Part shown: positions 12,402 through 26,000 of the stretch, in pieces
Numbering within the stretch: the first letter of the stretch is position 1
Layout: each line of letters starts with the position of its first letter
Program-made: the position numbers and the translations under genes
Source of the DNA: Monocercomonoides exilis PA203
Lineage: Eukaryota; Protista; Preaxostyla
DNA: 64,000 nucleotides
Assembly (NCBI GenBank): GCA_001643675.2
Contig: LSRY02000021.1
Location: 868,001-932,000, forward strand
Direction of reading: 5' to 3'
The notes under the pieces: generated by a model
Told to the model about the DNA's origin: nothing
What the model saw: only the letters and a program-made list of their open reading frames with translations
Databases searched by the model: none

Positions 12402-15400
12402 ATGATTCATCACATCCCGGCCCAAAGATTAGAGCAACCATATGAACTTGTGAAGATTCATCCTTATTCAAATGCAGAAGGTTTTCTTTGAATTTTTATT
12501 TTTATTTTTCATTGCATTTTTCTAAGATCCTCTTTGGTACAAGAGGTATCACTATTTATGCCCTGATGGTCATTATTTATTTTTGCGTATTTTTATTTTG
12601 CAACTTTCATATGGTTTTATTAAAGAGCTGTGCTGTACGAAGTACATGTTCGGGCTTTCTGTGATACAAATAGGGATGGGAAAGGTGATTTTCAGGGATT
12701 GGCCGAAAAGATTCCATATCTAAAGAAACTTGGAGTGACTTGCCTTTGGATTCTTCCGTTTTTCGATGTTTGTTTTTGAAGTGATTTTCATGTTTGATAT
12801 TTTTTTTATTTCATATCAAAAGAGCCCTCTGAAAGATGATGGTTTGAGCCCTATGATTATGCATTATTTTTGTTGTATTCTTGTTTATAGGGTATGATGT
12901 TCGCGACTATCGAAAAGTCCATCCTGACTTTGGAGATCTTGAAGATTTCAAATGGTTTTTGAAAGTTGCTCATGAAAGCGGACTGCGCGTAATCATCGAA
13001 TTGATAATGAATCATACATCTGATCAGCATTTTTGGTTTCAGCAGTCCAGATTAGGCAAAGGAAATCCTTATTCAGACTATTATGTGTGGAGGTGTGAGA
13101 TAACAACTATTCATCTGATGTTTTTGAAAATATTTCTTTTTCTGAACAAAATTAGCGATACTGATACAAGATATTCTGGAACGCGCATCATTTTTATAGA
13201 CACTGAGAAATCAAACTGGACGTTTGATCCAGTCAGGAAGCAGTATTTTTGGCATCGCTTTTATTCACATCAGCCAGATTTGAATTACGACAATCCAAAA
13301 GTCGAAGAAGAAATGATGGACGTTGCAAGATTTTGGCTGAAAATTGGAATTGACGGGTTTCGGGCAGACGCAGTCCCGTATTTGTATGAAAGAGAAGGTT
13401 TGTTGTTTGGAGAGAATTAAAATCGTTGAGAGTTTTTTTTTTGTTGAATCATTTTCGCTTTAAAAAGCGTATTCGTTATTATGAATGCATATTTCAACAA
13501 ACTTTGATTATTTATTCTAATCATTTGTATGCTTTATCAAACATATCTCATTTGCATAAACCTTATATTTCTTATGTTTTTTATCAATCTTCAACTTCAT
13601 CACCTCTTTTTCATTCAGGAACATCAAACGAAAACCTTCCTGAGACACACCAGTTCTTTAAGCGCCTTCGAAGGATGATGGACGCCGAGTTTCCTGGCAC
13701 AGTCCTTCTTTCGGAGGCGAACCAGCTGCCGATCGATGCGGTTGAGTATTTTGGAAGAGGAGACGAATTTGACATGAGCTTCCATTTCCCTGTTATGCCA
13801 AGATTGTGTGGTCTTATTATTTATTTATTTTATATTTGAAAATTTTGAATGTCGGTTATTTCGTGTTTTGTTTCTGGTGATTTTGAATTATTAAATTTCT
13901 ATGACATTATTATTATTTTTTCCCCCAATAATCAAAGGTTCATGGCTCTTCGCAAAGAGACTCGCTTTCCAATTGTTGAAGTTATGAAAGAAACACCAGA
14001 TATTCCTTCTGCATGTCAATGGTTTGTCTAAATCAACCTTCTTTTTTTTTTGATTCTTTTATGAGTACAAGAATAATCATTACTTATTTTAGAACTTTTC
14101 TAAAAACTTTTCCTTTTTTAATTTGCATTTTTTATTCACCTTTTTTCTTTTTTTATTTATCTCCTTATTTTCTTCTGTTTTCTCTTGATTAATTTCAAAT
14201 TCCAATCTGCTGCTTGCCCAATTTCTCATGTTCTGTTGTCAGGGTTGTATTTCTTCGCAATCACGATGAATTGACACTCGAAATGGTGAGTGAAGAAGAG
14301 AGAGAGTATATGTGGGGTGAATACGCAAAGGATGCAAGAATGCGATGTAATTTGGGTTTGACACTTTGAAACTTAATTTTTTTTCCCCCTTTAATTTAAA
14401 AGATGTTTTGCTTGAATTTGATAAATATTCATCTTTTCTTTTCTTTTCTTTTATCTTTCTTTCTTTCTTTTTTCAAATATAAAACTTCACAAAAGGCATT
14501 CGAAGGCGTCTGTTTCCACTCGTAGAAAATAGCCGCTTGGAGGCAGAGCTTCTGAATGCACTGCTTTTTTCGCTTCCAGGAACACCCGTCATTTATTATG
14601 GAGATGAGATTGGGATGGGTGACAATGTGTTTCTTGGTGATAGGTTTCATCATTAATATTGTTTAGTTTTATTTGCTTATTTAATTTGTTTTGCTTTTTT
14701 AATTTTTATATTTTCTGCTTTGTCTTTTCTAATTCCTAATTTTTTCACCATCATCCATCTTTATTTCACATTCTTCCTCCCTCCCCCTCCTCCTCCTCCT
14801 CCCATAGAAACGGTGTGAGGACTCCCATGCAGTGGTCCACCGACCGCAACGGCGGGTTCAGCCGGGCCGACGCGCGAGAGCTCTACCTGCCAATCAACAC
14901 AGACCCCGAATACGGTTATCAATCAGTCAATGTGGAGGCACAGGAGAGAAGCGGGGCCTCGTTTCTGAACTGGATGAGAAGGATCATGCGGATCAGGCAG
15001 AAGCATCTGGTGTTTTCGATGGTGTGAAACGAGAAAAATTTTCATTTGATATTATACATTTGTTTATTTATAAGTTGTTGAATATGCTTTTAATAGCTTA
15101 TACACAAATTTTATTTCATTCAATTTTCGCCCCTTTCAAACTTAAATTCCATTTTTTTTTAAAGTAAACATTCATATTCATATTTATATTCAACAACACA
15201 CACAAAAAAATTTTTTCCTGTGAATAATTCACTTTTAGGGCTCTCTTGTGTTCTGCAACCCAGACAATCCGCACATCCTTGCTTTTCTCCGCATTCTGCC
15301 CACAACTCCGCTTCCTCACCTGAGCATCGCTGCAAACAGCGCCATCGTCTGCCCTGTTGTGTCGGGGCCAGTGACTCCTCGTACTACATTTGCTCCTTCA

Positions 15401-17475
15401 ATCACATCGTTTGTTAATTTCTGTGATTATTATTATTATTATTGTTTGTTGGTTTAATTGCATTGAATATCTTTTTTTCTTATTGTTTTTGTTATTATTT
15501 TATTTTATTTAATTTAATTTTATTATGAATTCTAATTCATTTTATGTATTTCATTCTCTAAATGGTGAAAAATTTGTTGTTTTCATTCTTTCAGAACTGT
15601 CACAACCCTTCCGCTTATTCGAGTGATGGCAGCACAAATGAAGTCTCAACAGCTTGAAAAGCACACAAACAGAAGCCAACTTAACGAACAATTGAAATCA
15701 GATGCTTCTTCCTCTTCTTTCTCTACCTCTTCTTCTTTGTCTTCTTCAAATGCCTCAGAATCATCTTCATTCAACAAACCCCCTGTCATCACTGGCGAAG
15801 CCACCTCCAGCGCAGTCTGCTGCTCTGACAACTACCATTCCCCCAAACGCGACTTCCTTTCACAAACAGAATCTCCTCAGCTCGCCCAGCTTTCTTCTTC
15901 TTCTCCTTCGCTTTCTTCTTCTTCTTCTGTCTTTGCTTCTTCTTTCACTTCTTCTCCTTCTTCTCCCCCACCTTCATCCTCCTCTTCTTCTTCGCATCGC
16001 CCAGTTTCTGAAGATCTCACCACACATTTCTTAAACGCCCTGCATAACAGCAACCCTGTCCAGCCTGATTCGAAGCATTCATTTGAGACGAATACACCGC
16101 GGGAGTTTGCTTCAGGCCAGACGCCGATGGTTGAATCTCCAAAACAGCCTGAAAAAACACAGAGAGATCAAAGTGCGGTTGAGAAGGAGAAAAAAGAACA
16201 GGAATTGGAAGGCAGTGAAAAGAGTGGAGTTTCGCAGAGTTGTAAGCAAGCAATCAAAGAGGAAGGTGTGGATAGTATTGTGGAGGCTGATGATGATGTT
16301 ATTGAAGACGAAAGTGAAGAAGAAGAGGAAGAGGAAGAGGAAGAAGAGGAAGAGAGTAATGTGGATCATCAAAAAAAGGATAAATCTGCTTCAAAATCAA
16401 AACGAGCTGATGCTTCCTCATTGCGCTCCCCTGCTGTCCGCTTCCTCTCCTCGTCGACTCCACAAAGCGCACTGCTTGTCTGTCCGTCCTCCAAACTGTC
16501 CAAACTCAGTTCTTCTCCTTCGCTCGCCCTCAACCCTCCCAACTCCGCTTCCCTCCTCTCCATCTCCCCCGCAGCCCGAAGCCACGTGTCCTCCTTCAGC
16601 TCGCTCGATCTCTCTGGCTACGGAGTGCGGAACATGGGCCACTCCCTCGCTGCCCTCCGCACCCTCCGCTCTCTCCGCTCTCTGCCCATCACCCCTGTTC
16701 GCCGGCCTCACCGCGTTGTGTGTAGGGAACCGCCCAATCCGCGTTTTGAGAAGCTCAAAGCGACAACGACGTTCAACTTGACACGGCGCGGGTCGTTCCA
16801 GCGGATGCCAACTGAGAAGGAGGAGAAGAAGAGCTGTGAGGTTGTTGATGATGAGGATGACACAACAAAGGCGAAACATGCATTGGCGAGGAAGAGACAT
16901 TCAAAGGGAAAGAAGCAGGAAAAGGAATCGGAGGCTAAAAGCGGTATTTCAATTGGTTCTCATAGTTCGATTAGTCACAGTGGTGTTATGGATTCTTCAC
17001 TTCCAAAGGCACAATCTCCATCGATTTCTTCATCAGCATCATCATCTTCTTCCTCCTCCTCTTCTTCCTCCTCTTCTGCTTCAGCTTCTGCTTCATGCCC
17101 GTCTTCTTCGGAAAGCATGAAACAATCTCAATGTCCTCTTTCATCTCCCAATCTCACAACCATCTTGTGCATCTTCAATATGTCTTCTTCTGCGCAGGCT
17201 GCTCGGCTGGATTTGAGAGAATACGAAGGTTATTCGCCTGGTTTGTTCTCTTTTTGTTAATTTTATTTTTTGCCATTTTTGAATTGTTCTTAATTGCTTT
17301 TGATATTATTTTCTTTTCTTTTCTTATTCTTTTGAAAATTATGATTATTCTTTCATCAGTCGAAATGTTTGGCCAAAGCGTCTTCCCGAAAATTGAACTT
17401 GACAGTCAGTACACAATCACTCTTTCACCACATGGCTTTTTTTGGTTCACACTTGAGCAACTTAAAGACCAATAA
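12402..17475 (+). CDS. treS: Trehalose synthase / maltose alpha-D-glucosyltransferase (GH13, TreS type), 14 exons
   Basis: Exons 12402-12480, 12527-12545, 12626-12767, 12823-12841, 12891-13092, 13156-13397, 13619-13805, 13938-14021, 14243-14355, 14496-14643, 14808-15021, 15239-15408, 15595-17240, 17360-17475 splice in frame via GT-AG introns. Motifs: [51 protein letters not shown] (nucleophile), LSEANQ (acid/base), [52 protein letters not shown]. Confidence 0.95.
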
Positions 17476-17629
17476 ATCATTTGAACTGCAATTCATTCTT
17501 TTGTTTTTCGTTGTGAAATGATGTTATTTTAGTGAAGTGTTTTTGAAAGTCAATAAATATACTTATGATGTTTGAAAAAAAGTTTCGTATTTCTTCAAAC
17601 ATCATTCATAACGTATTGTGTGTTCTCGT

Positions 17630-19389
17630 TTATCTTGCAACTGGCCCCACAAATGTGAATGCACCTGTTTCATCGCCTGCCACTCCAATGTCCAAAAATG
17701 GATGCATTGCAAATGCTCTAATTGGACGAGATAATGATATGCTCTTCTTCACTTGCATAGAAGAAGACGATGAAGATGGTTCAACATCCATGGCAATTGA
17801 AGCTTCAGGATGAGAAGGAGAAATGGAGGAAGAAAGAGAAGAGCAAACTCCAGGAAAAGAAGCCAATGATGTGATTGGAGTTGCAGAAGAAGGAGAAACA
17901 GTTGATGATTCGTAGTTGAGAACGGCTATGTTTCCATCAGTTGTCGAAGCAACAGCAGTGTTCTGCAGCACCGGATGTAACATCAACGATAAAACAGACG
18001 ATGAGCTATGTGAAGGAACGAAAGATGCAACACACGAACTGCCGGTTGAAAGTGAAGTGGGATGGAGCAAAGGAGAAGAAGCTGTGCGGACATCCAGCAG
18101 AGAAATCTGCCCGTGTGTTGTGCCAACCCCAATGATGTGAGGGTTGTGCGGGTGATGTGCTATGCAGCTGACGTTCGGTGGTGAGGAAAGCAGAGCGTAT
18201 GGAAATGAAGGAGATGAAAGAGTTGAAGTAGATGGAGGATAATAAGGAGATGAAGGAAATGAAGCTTCTGCTCCAGAAGTTGTTGATTGTGAAGTGTAGT
18301 TCAGAGGGAAGCGAAGAATCCCAGCAGGCTGCGGAGTGCATTTATCTGCTTTTTGAAGGGGAGTGCGAATGTCAAACAGAAGAAGCTCGTTGCTGCCTCC
18401 GTTGACAACAAACGTTGCTGGAGAGATCCATTCGATTGCTGAAGGATGGCAAGGAAGCGAAAGAAGCGGAGGTAGCAGAGTCGATTTGGAATCGGCTTGT
18501 GTTTTGTCTAACTTGTCGGGTTCCAAATAAAACACATTTCCGTTATAATTTGTGAGAAGGACATTATGATTGAGGCAATTGACGGAAATTGATGTTATGA
18601 AAGCAGCACAGCCTGATTCAGCTTTTGAAGATTTGAAGGTTTGCCTTTTCACTTCTTCTGTCATGGATGAAAGTCCTCTCCATTTCCCTAGTTGTTTCTT
18701 GATGATTTTTGGATGTGACGTAGGTTCAATTGATTCACTAAATCTAGAAGAATGCGTTTGAGTTTCAAGCTCGAATATCTGTTTTAAGCTGGCTGACAAG
18801 TTCGAATCGTTTTCATATGTGATATCTGAATGGAAAAAATGCAATTAAAATTTTATGAAACAAAAGAGGAAACCCATTTTCAATAAAGAAATGTACCCAT
18901 TTGGGGTTGTTACCATCAGAGTTGCAAACGATCCAAAACACCCTAAAAACTATAAAAATTGTATCAGAATTGTACAGAATAGCATAAAAACAAACCTTGG
19001 CAGAACTGAAACGCATTGAAGAATCATATATCTCAAGAACATTTAATGAAAATGATGGCTCTTTAACTTTAACTCGAGGAGAAAATTCAAAAATTCTTAA
19101 TTTCCCCTTTTGAAAAATCAGATGAAAAATAGACATAAAAATTTTATTTATCAATTAGAAATATGAGATAACTAAAAATTAATAATATTGAAACGCACGT
19201 CTGTTTCCGTAGAACAAGAAGCAAAAATGGAAGAATAAACTGTTTTATCTTCATTAAATTGCATCCTTATCAAAAGTGTAAATGAATTTTTAATTTTCAA
19301 AATTGCAAATAGACACAAGCAGCAAACCAATCAATAGAATCAACAACGTTATCAGTCTCTATTCTTGTGAAATTGCATTTTGATTCCAT
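17630..19389 (-). CDS. WD40-repeat protein (weak Nup43-like resemblance); short 5' exons tentative
   Basis: Last exon has WD-like blades (SAIEWISPATFVVNGGSNELLLFDIR; VSCIAHHPHNPHIIGVGTTHGQISLLDVR; LMLHPVLQNTAVASTTDGNIAV). Probable start MESKCNF...VDSIDWF at 19389. Confidence 0.7.
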
Positions 19390-20028
19390 CATTTCAAAGA
19401 AAAGTCAAATTAACTTAAATATTATGGTTAATATTTTTGTTTATTTGACATTTGTGGCAAAATTCTTGCATTGGTTAAAGGAATAAAAATAAAGATTTGT
19501 GTCAAAAAATTTCTTTTATGATATCATTATTCGAATTCCATTCTCATTCAAAAAATATTCATAGAAAGTTTTTAAAATTAGAGAACAATATCAGAAAAAT
19601 GTGAAAGGAACAAAATTCATAAAGCAATAAATATCGTTCCACATAGTCAGGCATTCTCATACAAAAAAAAAGTTGTCTTATTTCTTTTCTTTTCTTTTCT
19701 TTTCGCATTTGAAAACTGTATTCATTTGAAAAACTCTTTGAACGGTATTCTATTGTTTGTTAATTAATTCATAAATCATAACAAGTATTAAACCAAATGA
19801 TTGGAATTTGTTCATTTGGATCATTGAGAAATTGGTAATTTCACAATTAATCCGACTATTATCCAAAATTAATCTGTCGTTTTCAATCTTTGCAACTGCA
19901 TATGATCTATTTGGACTTTGAGATTGTCAAATTCTCGATTTGAAAGAAAAAGACTTTATTATCGAAATTAACTAAATTTGAGATTATTTTTTTTGATCCA
20001 TTATAAAATTGTTGATTCTCAACATTCT

Positions 20029-23000
20029 ATGTATCTTCTCATTTTGTGGTGCCTCGCGTTTTATTTGTTGGTTTCTGGAAACAACATTGATGGAATTGAA
20101 TTTTGTTTTCATTCAACAACAATTTTGAGTTCAGAAAAGCAAGGATTATCATTTGAGCAGACAAGCAAAGAAAACTGCAAAAAAGGTGAAGTGGAAAATG
20201 ATCATTCATTTTTTGTTGTCCAGAACTCAACAATTAACTTGTCTGTTCTTTCCTGCATCATGAGCATGGAGAAGTATTTTGCATCAGTTGATTCACCTTC
20301 GAAACTGGATTTGTGGAGTTGTTCGTTTTCTGTCCATCCACAATCAAAAAATCTGTTTTTCTGTTCAGGATGCCGAATATGTCTCTGCAACATTTCATTC
20401 AATTTTGTGGTTCATGATCGTCAATTATCATCTTTGATTGCACATCATTCAAAGAAAGTTCTTTCTCATTGTGGTGAATTGTGCTTGTCTTCTTCAAGGA
20501 TTTCTTCATTTGAAGTTCTTGGAAATGACCCTTTTCTTTCTTCGAGTTGTCTTTCATCAATATCTGTGACTGATTCTTTGTTTGAAAACATCACTTTGCC
20601 AAAATCAATGAAAAAGTGCGACAATGAAAATGGATGCTCTGAGAGAGTTCTGGTGGAAAGAACAGTGATGATTGGTTGTGAAAGTCCATATTCTGGAGGC
20701 ATTCTTTCGCCTGCGATGATCTCTTTTCGCTGCGGAAATTGTTCGTTTTTGAAATGCTTCACAACTTTCAACAAAAGACAAAATTTCACAGAAGGAGAAA
20801 ATGTGTTTGACGATGACACATTCAACGTTCAGAGTGATGAAATAGGTGGCGCTCTTTATGGAGAAGGAAATGCATCGATAATATTGCATCGTTGTTCATT
20901 CTTGGAATGCTCTTCAAAAAGCAGTGGTGGTGTTGCTTCAATAGAAAATTCAAATGGAATATTTGTTTCTGAAGAATGTCAAGTGATTAATTGTTCATCT
21001 TCAAAAGAAACAGGAGGTTATAGAATTCGAAATGCACATTCTGAAGTGATAAATGCAACTTCGATGATCAATTGTTCTTCAAATAGCAAAACATGTTTTT
21101 ATTTTATTTCATGCAATAAAAATCCATGTATCGTTGTTTCATGTATTTTTGACAATGCAAGTTCGGATTTGTATTCATCAGTTACACACATCTGGCACGC
21201 AAGCACGTTGATATTGATTTCGAATTGCTTGATGCAGAATTGTGAGAGTGGTAGCTATGCTCCTTGTATATTACTCGCAGAAGAAGACGCACTGAATAAT
21301 CCTTCAATTAACATCAAATATTGTCTTTTCCATAACAATACAGCTGAAAATGATGATTATGGGCACGATATTCACATCAGCTTTCATCAACAGTGGATGA
21401 CGATTGATGAAAATAACATTACTGATTGTTATTCTTCAAGTGCTTCCCCAAGGATCACAAGGTGCAATGATGGATTCTATGAATGTTCGAGCATATCTGA
21501 TCTGAGTTCGTGGATGACCAATAATGAGAATAATCATCAAATAACAGCCGATTATTCAGTTGGCATTGATCATGAGCAGTGTGGTTTTGCCCCTTTCTGT
21601 CGTTCAATCAAATATTCACTTGAAAGAACAACAAGCAATTCGAACAAAACTCTGATCCTACGACCAAGCGTGTTCAAAGAAGAACAAATATCAATTTCAT
21701 CCAATGAATTCAGTGTTTGTGGATTGTCAAAGAATGAATGTGTTGTGCAATCAGCATCATCATCATTATCTGTCATTAATATTGCATCTGGATCGTTTTG
21801 TGTTCAAAAAGTGACGATGCTCCAAGGGAATGCAGAGAGTGGGACAAGCATGCCATTTGTGGTGATGGATGGCGATGGATCATTGACAATGGAGGAATGC
21901 GAAATATCATCAGTTGACAGTAAATTGCATCTTGAGGTGTCTTTCATGCAGATATTTGGAGGAAATGTGGAATTGTCAGGAGTTGGAATTGCTGGCATGA
22001 ATTTCTTGTCTGACAGTTTGATTTCATTCAATGTGAATCGGTCTGGATCAGTGTTGTATGTGGTGAACACAAACTTCACATCGATTCAAAGGCTGTCAGG
22101 AAGTGGAGGAATAATTGAGAGATGTGATGCATCCTCGGGGAGTGTTGTTGTTGAAAACTGCCATTTTGAGAATGTGTCAGCAGGAAAAGATGGTGGTGGT
22201 CTGGCGATGAGAGGAGAATGGAAAGGAGAGTTGATTGTGAATGGAACATCAACATTTGAGGGATGTTGTGCAGGAAGTCTTGAGGAAAAGGGGAGAGGAG
22301 GAGGGTTGTTCATAAATGTTGATTCGACTGAATCGGATTTCACTATTTATGAATCTGTGATATTTTCTGAAGAAAACCCAAACAGAGCTTTTCATGGAAG
22401 TGATGTGTTTGTTCAGTGTGGAAGTGGGCTTTTGTTGGAAGAGATAATTGATCAAACATCCTTTGGATTCTTCAAAGATGGAAACTGCATGAATAATGAA
22501 GAGAAGTTGTGTGGATGCGAGGATGGGGCATCATTGCCAGTTATTCCGCTGTGTGTGTATTTGTGTGATTTTGAATCTCCCATATCAGTTGACGAAAGGA
22601 GTGGTGCAGATCATTCTCGTTGCGGATATTCCGTTTTCTGCTGTTCAACAATCGACTTCTGTGTTCGTGAGCGAGTGAATGAGCTTGTGAATGCGATGGA
22701 AGTGATATCATCAGCATCGATCAAGAATCCATTTGTTGTGCCTTTGTTTCAAACATCTCAAATATCAATTTCTTCTTCATCTGCATCATCTTCTTCGAGC
22801 CAATATCCCTTTGTGAATGTTTTCTTGACTGACAATATCTCCACTGACTGCCACAATGTTATTCAGTGTTCTGGAAGCTTTTCTCTGTCTTTCTTATCTT
22901 TTGTTCTTCCTCGTGTTCTTCCTTCCTCAATATCTTCGATTATTCAGTCATCAATCTTTCTCTCTTTGAGCAATATTTCGATTGCATTTTCAGCTGATTC

Positions 23001-26000
23001 TCTTGCAAGCTCTGTGGCATTTTCATTGATTCATGTGAGTGGAGGTGAATTGGAGCTCACAGGATTGGTTGTTTCTGAGGATGTCACTTTCACAGCACTT
23101 TCGCCAATCAACGTGAACGGAGCATCACGAGTGGCAGTTGAGGGATGCACATTGACAGAGATGGCAAATGAGGGAGGAAGTGGTGGATGCATGACAGTGG
23201 AGATGAGTGGTGGAGGAACCATATCGATCAAAAACACGAACATATCATCAAAGTGCAAAAACGAAGAAGGACTGAGAGGAGGAGGGATGATGATATTAAT
23301 TGGAAGTGGAGGGAGTTTGGAAATGAAAAATGTGAATTTGTCTGAATGTGAAGTTCCATCAGAGGATGTTGTGGATGGAGGAAAGGGAATGGGAGGAGGA
23401 ATGTTTGTTGCATTGCCAGAGGAAATAGAGATATTTGTGATGGAAGGAATGACATTTGAGGGATGCAATGCCTGGAAAGGGAAGAATCTGTTTGTTTCAG
23501 GATGGGATTTGAGGGAAGTTGTGAACAAGGATCATTTCAAATGGGAGATGAGTTCAGAGGAGTTGGATTTATTGGATGAGTTGTGTGGATGGGAAAGGAA
23601 GACAACAGGCGAGGAGGGATATGTGATTCCGCTGGTTGTGTATTTGTGGTCAAATTGGAGTGGGAAAGGGTTTGTTTCGAAAGAGAAAGGATTTGATTTC
23701 AGTGGATGCGGATATTCTGAAGCACCATGCTCCTCGATCGACCACATGATCAAAATGCGATTCTCTCCAGTTGCTTTGGAGAAATCGAGCATCAAAGTGG
23801 AAGGATCAGCTTCACTCAAACATTCAGTATCCTTGCTGCCTTCCAAACCGTCTGATGAGAGCCGGCCTTTGATTTCAGTTGAAGGAGGTGGTGAGGCTGT
23901 GCACTTGTTCGTTTCTGGTGATGGAGATTCCTCGGATGATGGCTCGCTGATCTCCAACTCGGTGAATGCTTCCTTTTCAAACCTAATAATCGATCTTCCG
24001 AGCAGATGTGAGTTCCACAAATCATTCATCCGCTCTGTGTATTCTGTGTCTTTCTCTCTTTGCAGGTTCATTCCATCTGACACATTGCCTCCTTCTTCTT
24101 CTTCCTTGTGTGTGCTTGACATTGTGGAAGGGGATGTCTCCCTGGAGCACTGTGCACTTGTGACTTTGTCTCTGGCAAATCCTTTTCTGCGACTGTCAGC
24201 CAATTTCCATTCAGCGCACATGCACAACACATCATTCGCCAATTCGTCTATTTCTTCTGGTTGCTTCATATCAGTTTTCTCCTCTGAACTCCACTCAAAT
24301 CAATTTGTTATTGGAGATTCGCCTGATTTGCCAGTGAATATCCCGTCAATGAACATGACATCTGTCACAGCCGAGAATGTGTCGAGAACTGAGGAAGGAT
24401 CAGTGTTTTTGGGTGTGGATGAGTTTGTTGGATTGAAGTGTGGAATGGAGAACTGCACATTCTGGAACTGCCTCAGCCGGCAAAGCAACAGAGGAGGCGG
24501 GCTGATGATGCGCATGAAGAATGAGGAGTCGAGTCTGGGAGTGAAAAACTGCACATTTGTGTTGTGTGCTTGTTCTGAGAGCACAGGGAGAGGAGGCGGG
24601 ATGATGCTGGACTTTTGCGATCCAGATGCTCCCTTTCAAACCCCTTCCAAACCGCTTCTTCTTCACATTGCAGGTGTTCAATTCATGATGAACAGTGCAT
24701 TCATGGGGAAGGATGTGTTTATCAACTGCCATTCGATCGGTGAGCAGATCAACGAAACACTTTTCGCTCTTGACTTTTCGCAGCCCTCGCTGCGCATGAA
24801 CACATCGATCTGTGGGAGCGACTTGACACATTCAGACATCGATCTCATCCCGCTGATCACGTTTCTGTACACGCCGCAGGTGTTTGTGTCGATGGAGTCT
24901 GAAGACAGCAACCAGTGTGGGAAGCAGGACAATCCTTGCCGAAGCGTGTCACACGGAGTGAGGCATGTGCAGGCTGGGCTGTTCAATGCGATATGTGTTG
25001 ACTCATCGAGTGTGGTGGCTGAGCCGACAGTCATCAGCGATCTCACGCTGAAGTCGATCACCAAACACCAATCAGCAATTCATTTCAATTCATCGATCGA
25101 AGAGGAGTCTGAGGGATCGTGGATCATGTTGTTTGAAAACGAGTGTTTGGTCGAAGACTGCTTGTTTTCGTTTGACGAGCATTTCTCAGCAGAGCACACA
25201 GCGATTATGAAGCAATTGAATGGATCGTTGGCATTTTCAGGCTGCACTCTGCAGTCATCGTCTGTTGAGTCCACTCTCAATTCGAGTGTTATTGTGGTTG
25301 AAGGAGGAGTGTTTGAGATGGAGAAGAGCTCGATATGTGTGATGGGCACAGCTCAGCCATTGCTCCTCTTCAAGAGTGGGTCAGCTGCCACTCTGAATCA
25401 GATCGAGATATCCACAATAAAAACAACTGCAACTGCAATGATTGTTGAGTTGAGTGCATCAGTGAACATCATGCAGCTGGCTGCATCTGACATTCTGCAG
25501 CTTGGGGAAAACTTCATTTCTCTGACAAAGGGGAAGAATCAGCATGTGAATGAGAAAGATGCTGGAGAAAGGGTTGTTCTGCAGATGGGCATTTCATCGT
25601 TCTCAAACATCACCAGCAGCAACAGCAGCAGCAGCAATTCCCATGTGGTTGAGTCAGCGTGTGAAAAAACAAGAAGCCAATTGTTGAACTGTTCGTTTGA
25701 AAGATGCTTCACACCTTCAGAGAAAGGGAGCTTGGTGGAAATATCATTTGGGGCATCTCTGTCTCTGCAGTCATGCGAACTGATTGGATATGAGGATGAG
25801 CACCAGAGCGAAAAGAATGGAGCAGATGAGGATGTGTGCAAATGGACTGGATCGGTTGTTGATGTGTGTGAAGGGTTGCTGGAGATGAAGGACACATCGA
25901 TCACAAACTCTTCAAAAGGCGGGCTGTCGATCAGTGGTGGAAGTGCTGTTATCGAAAGCTGCTTGCTTGAGAATAACAGCAAAAGCATCGAAAGATACAA

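Noticed and set aside
15299-17154. Intein in TreS
   Set aside because: No Hint-domain blocks or terminal His-Asn; composition is low-complexity.
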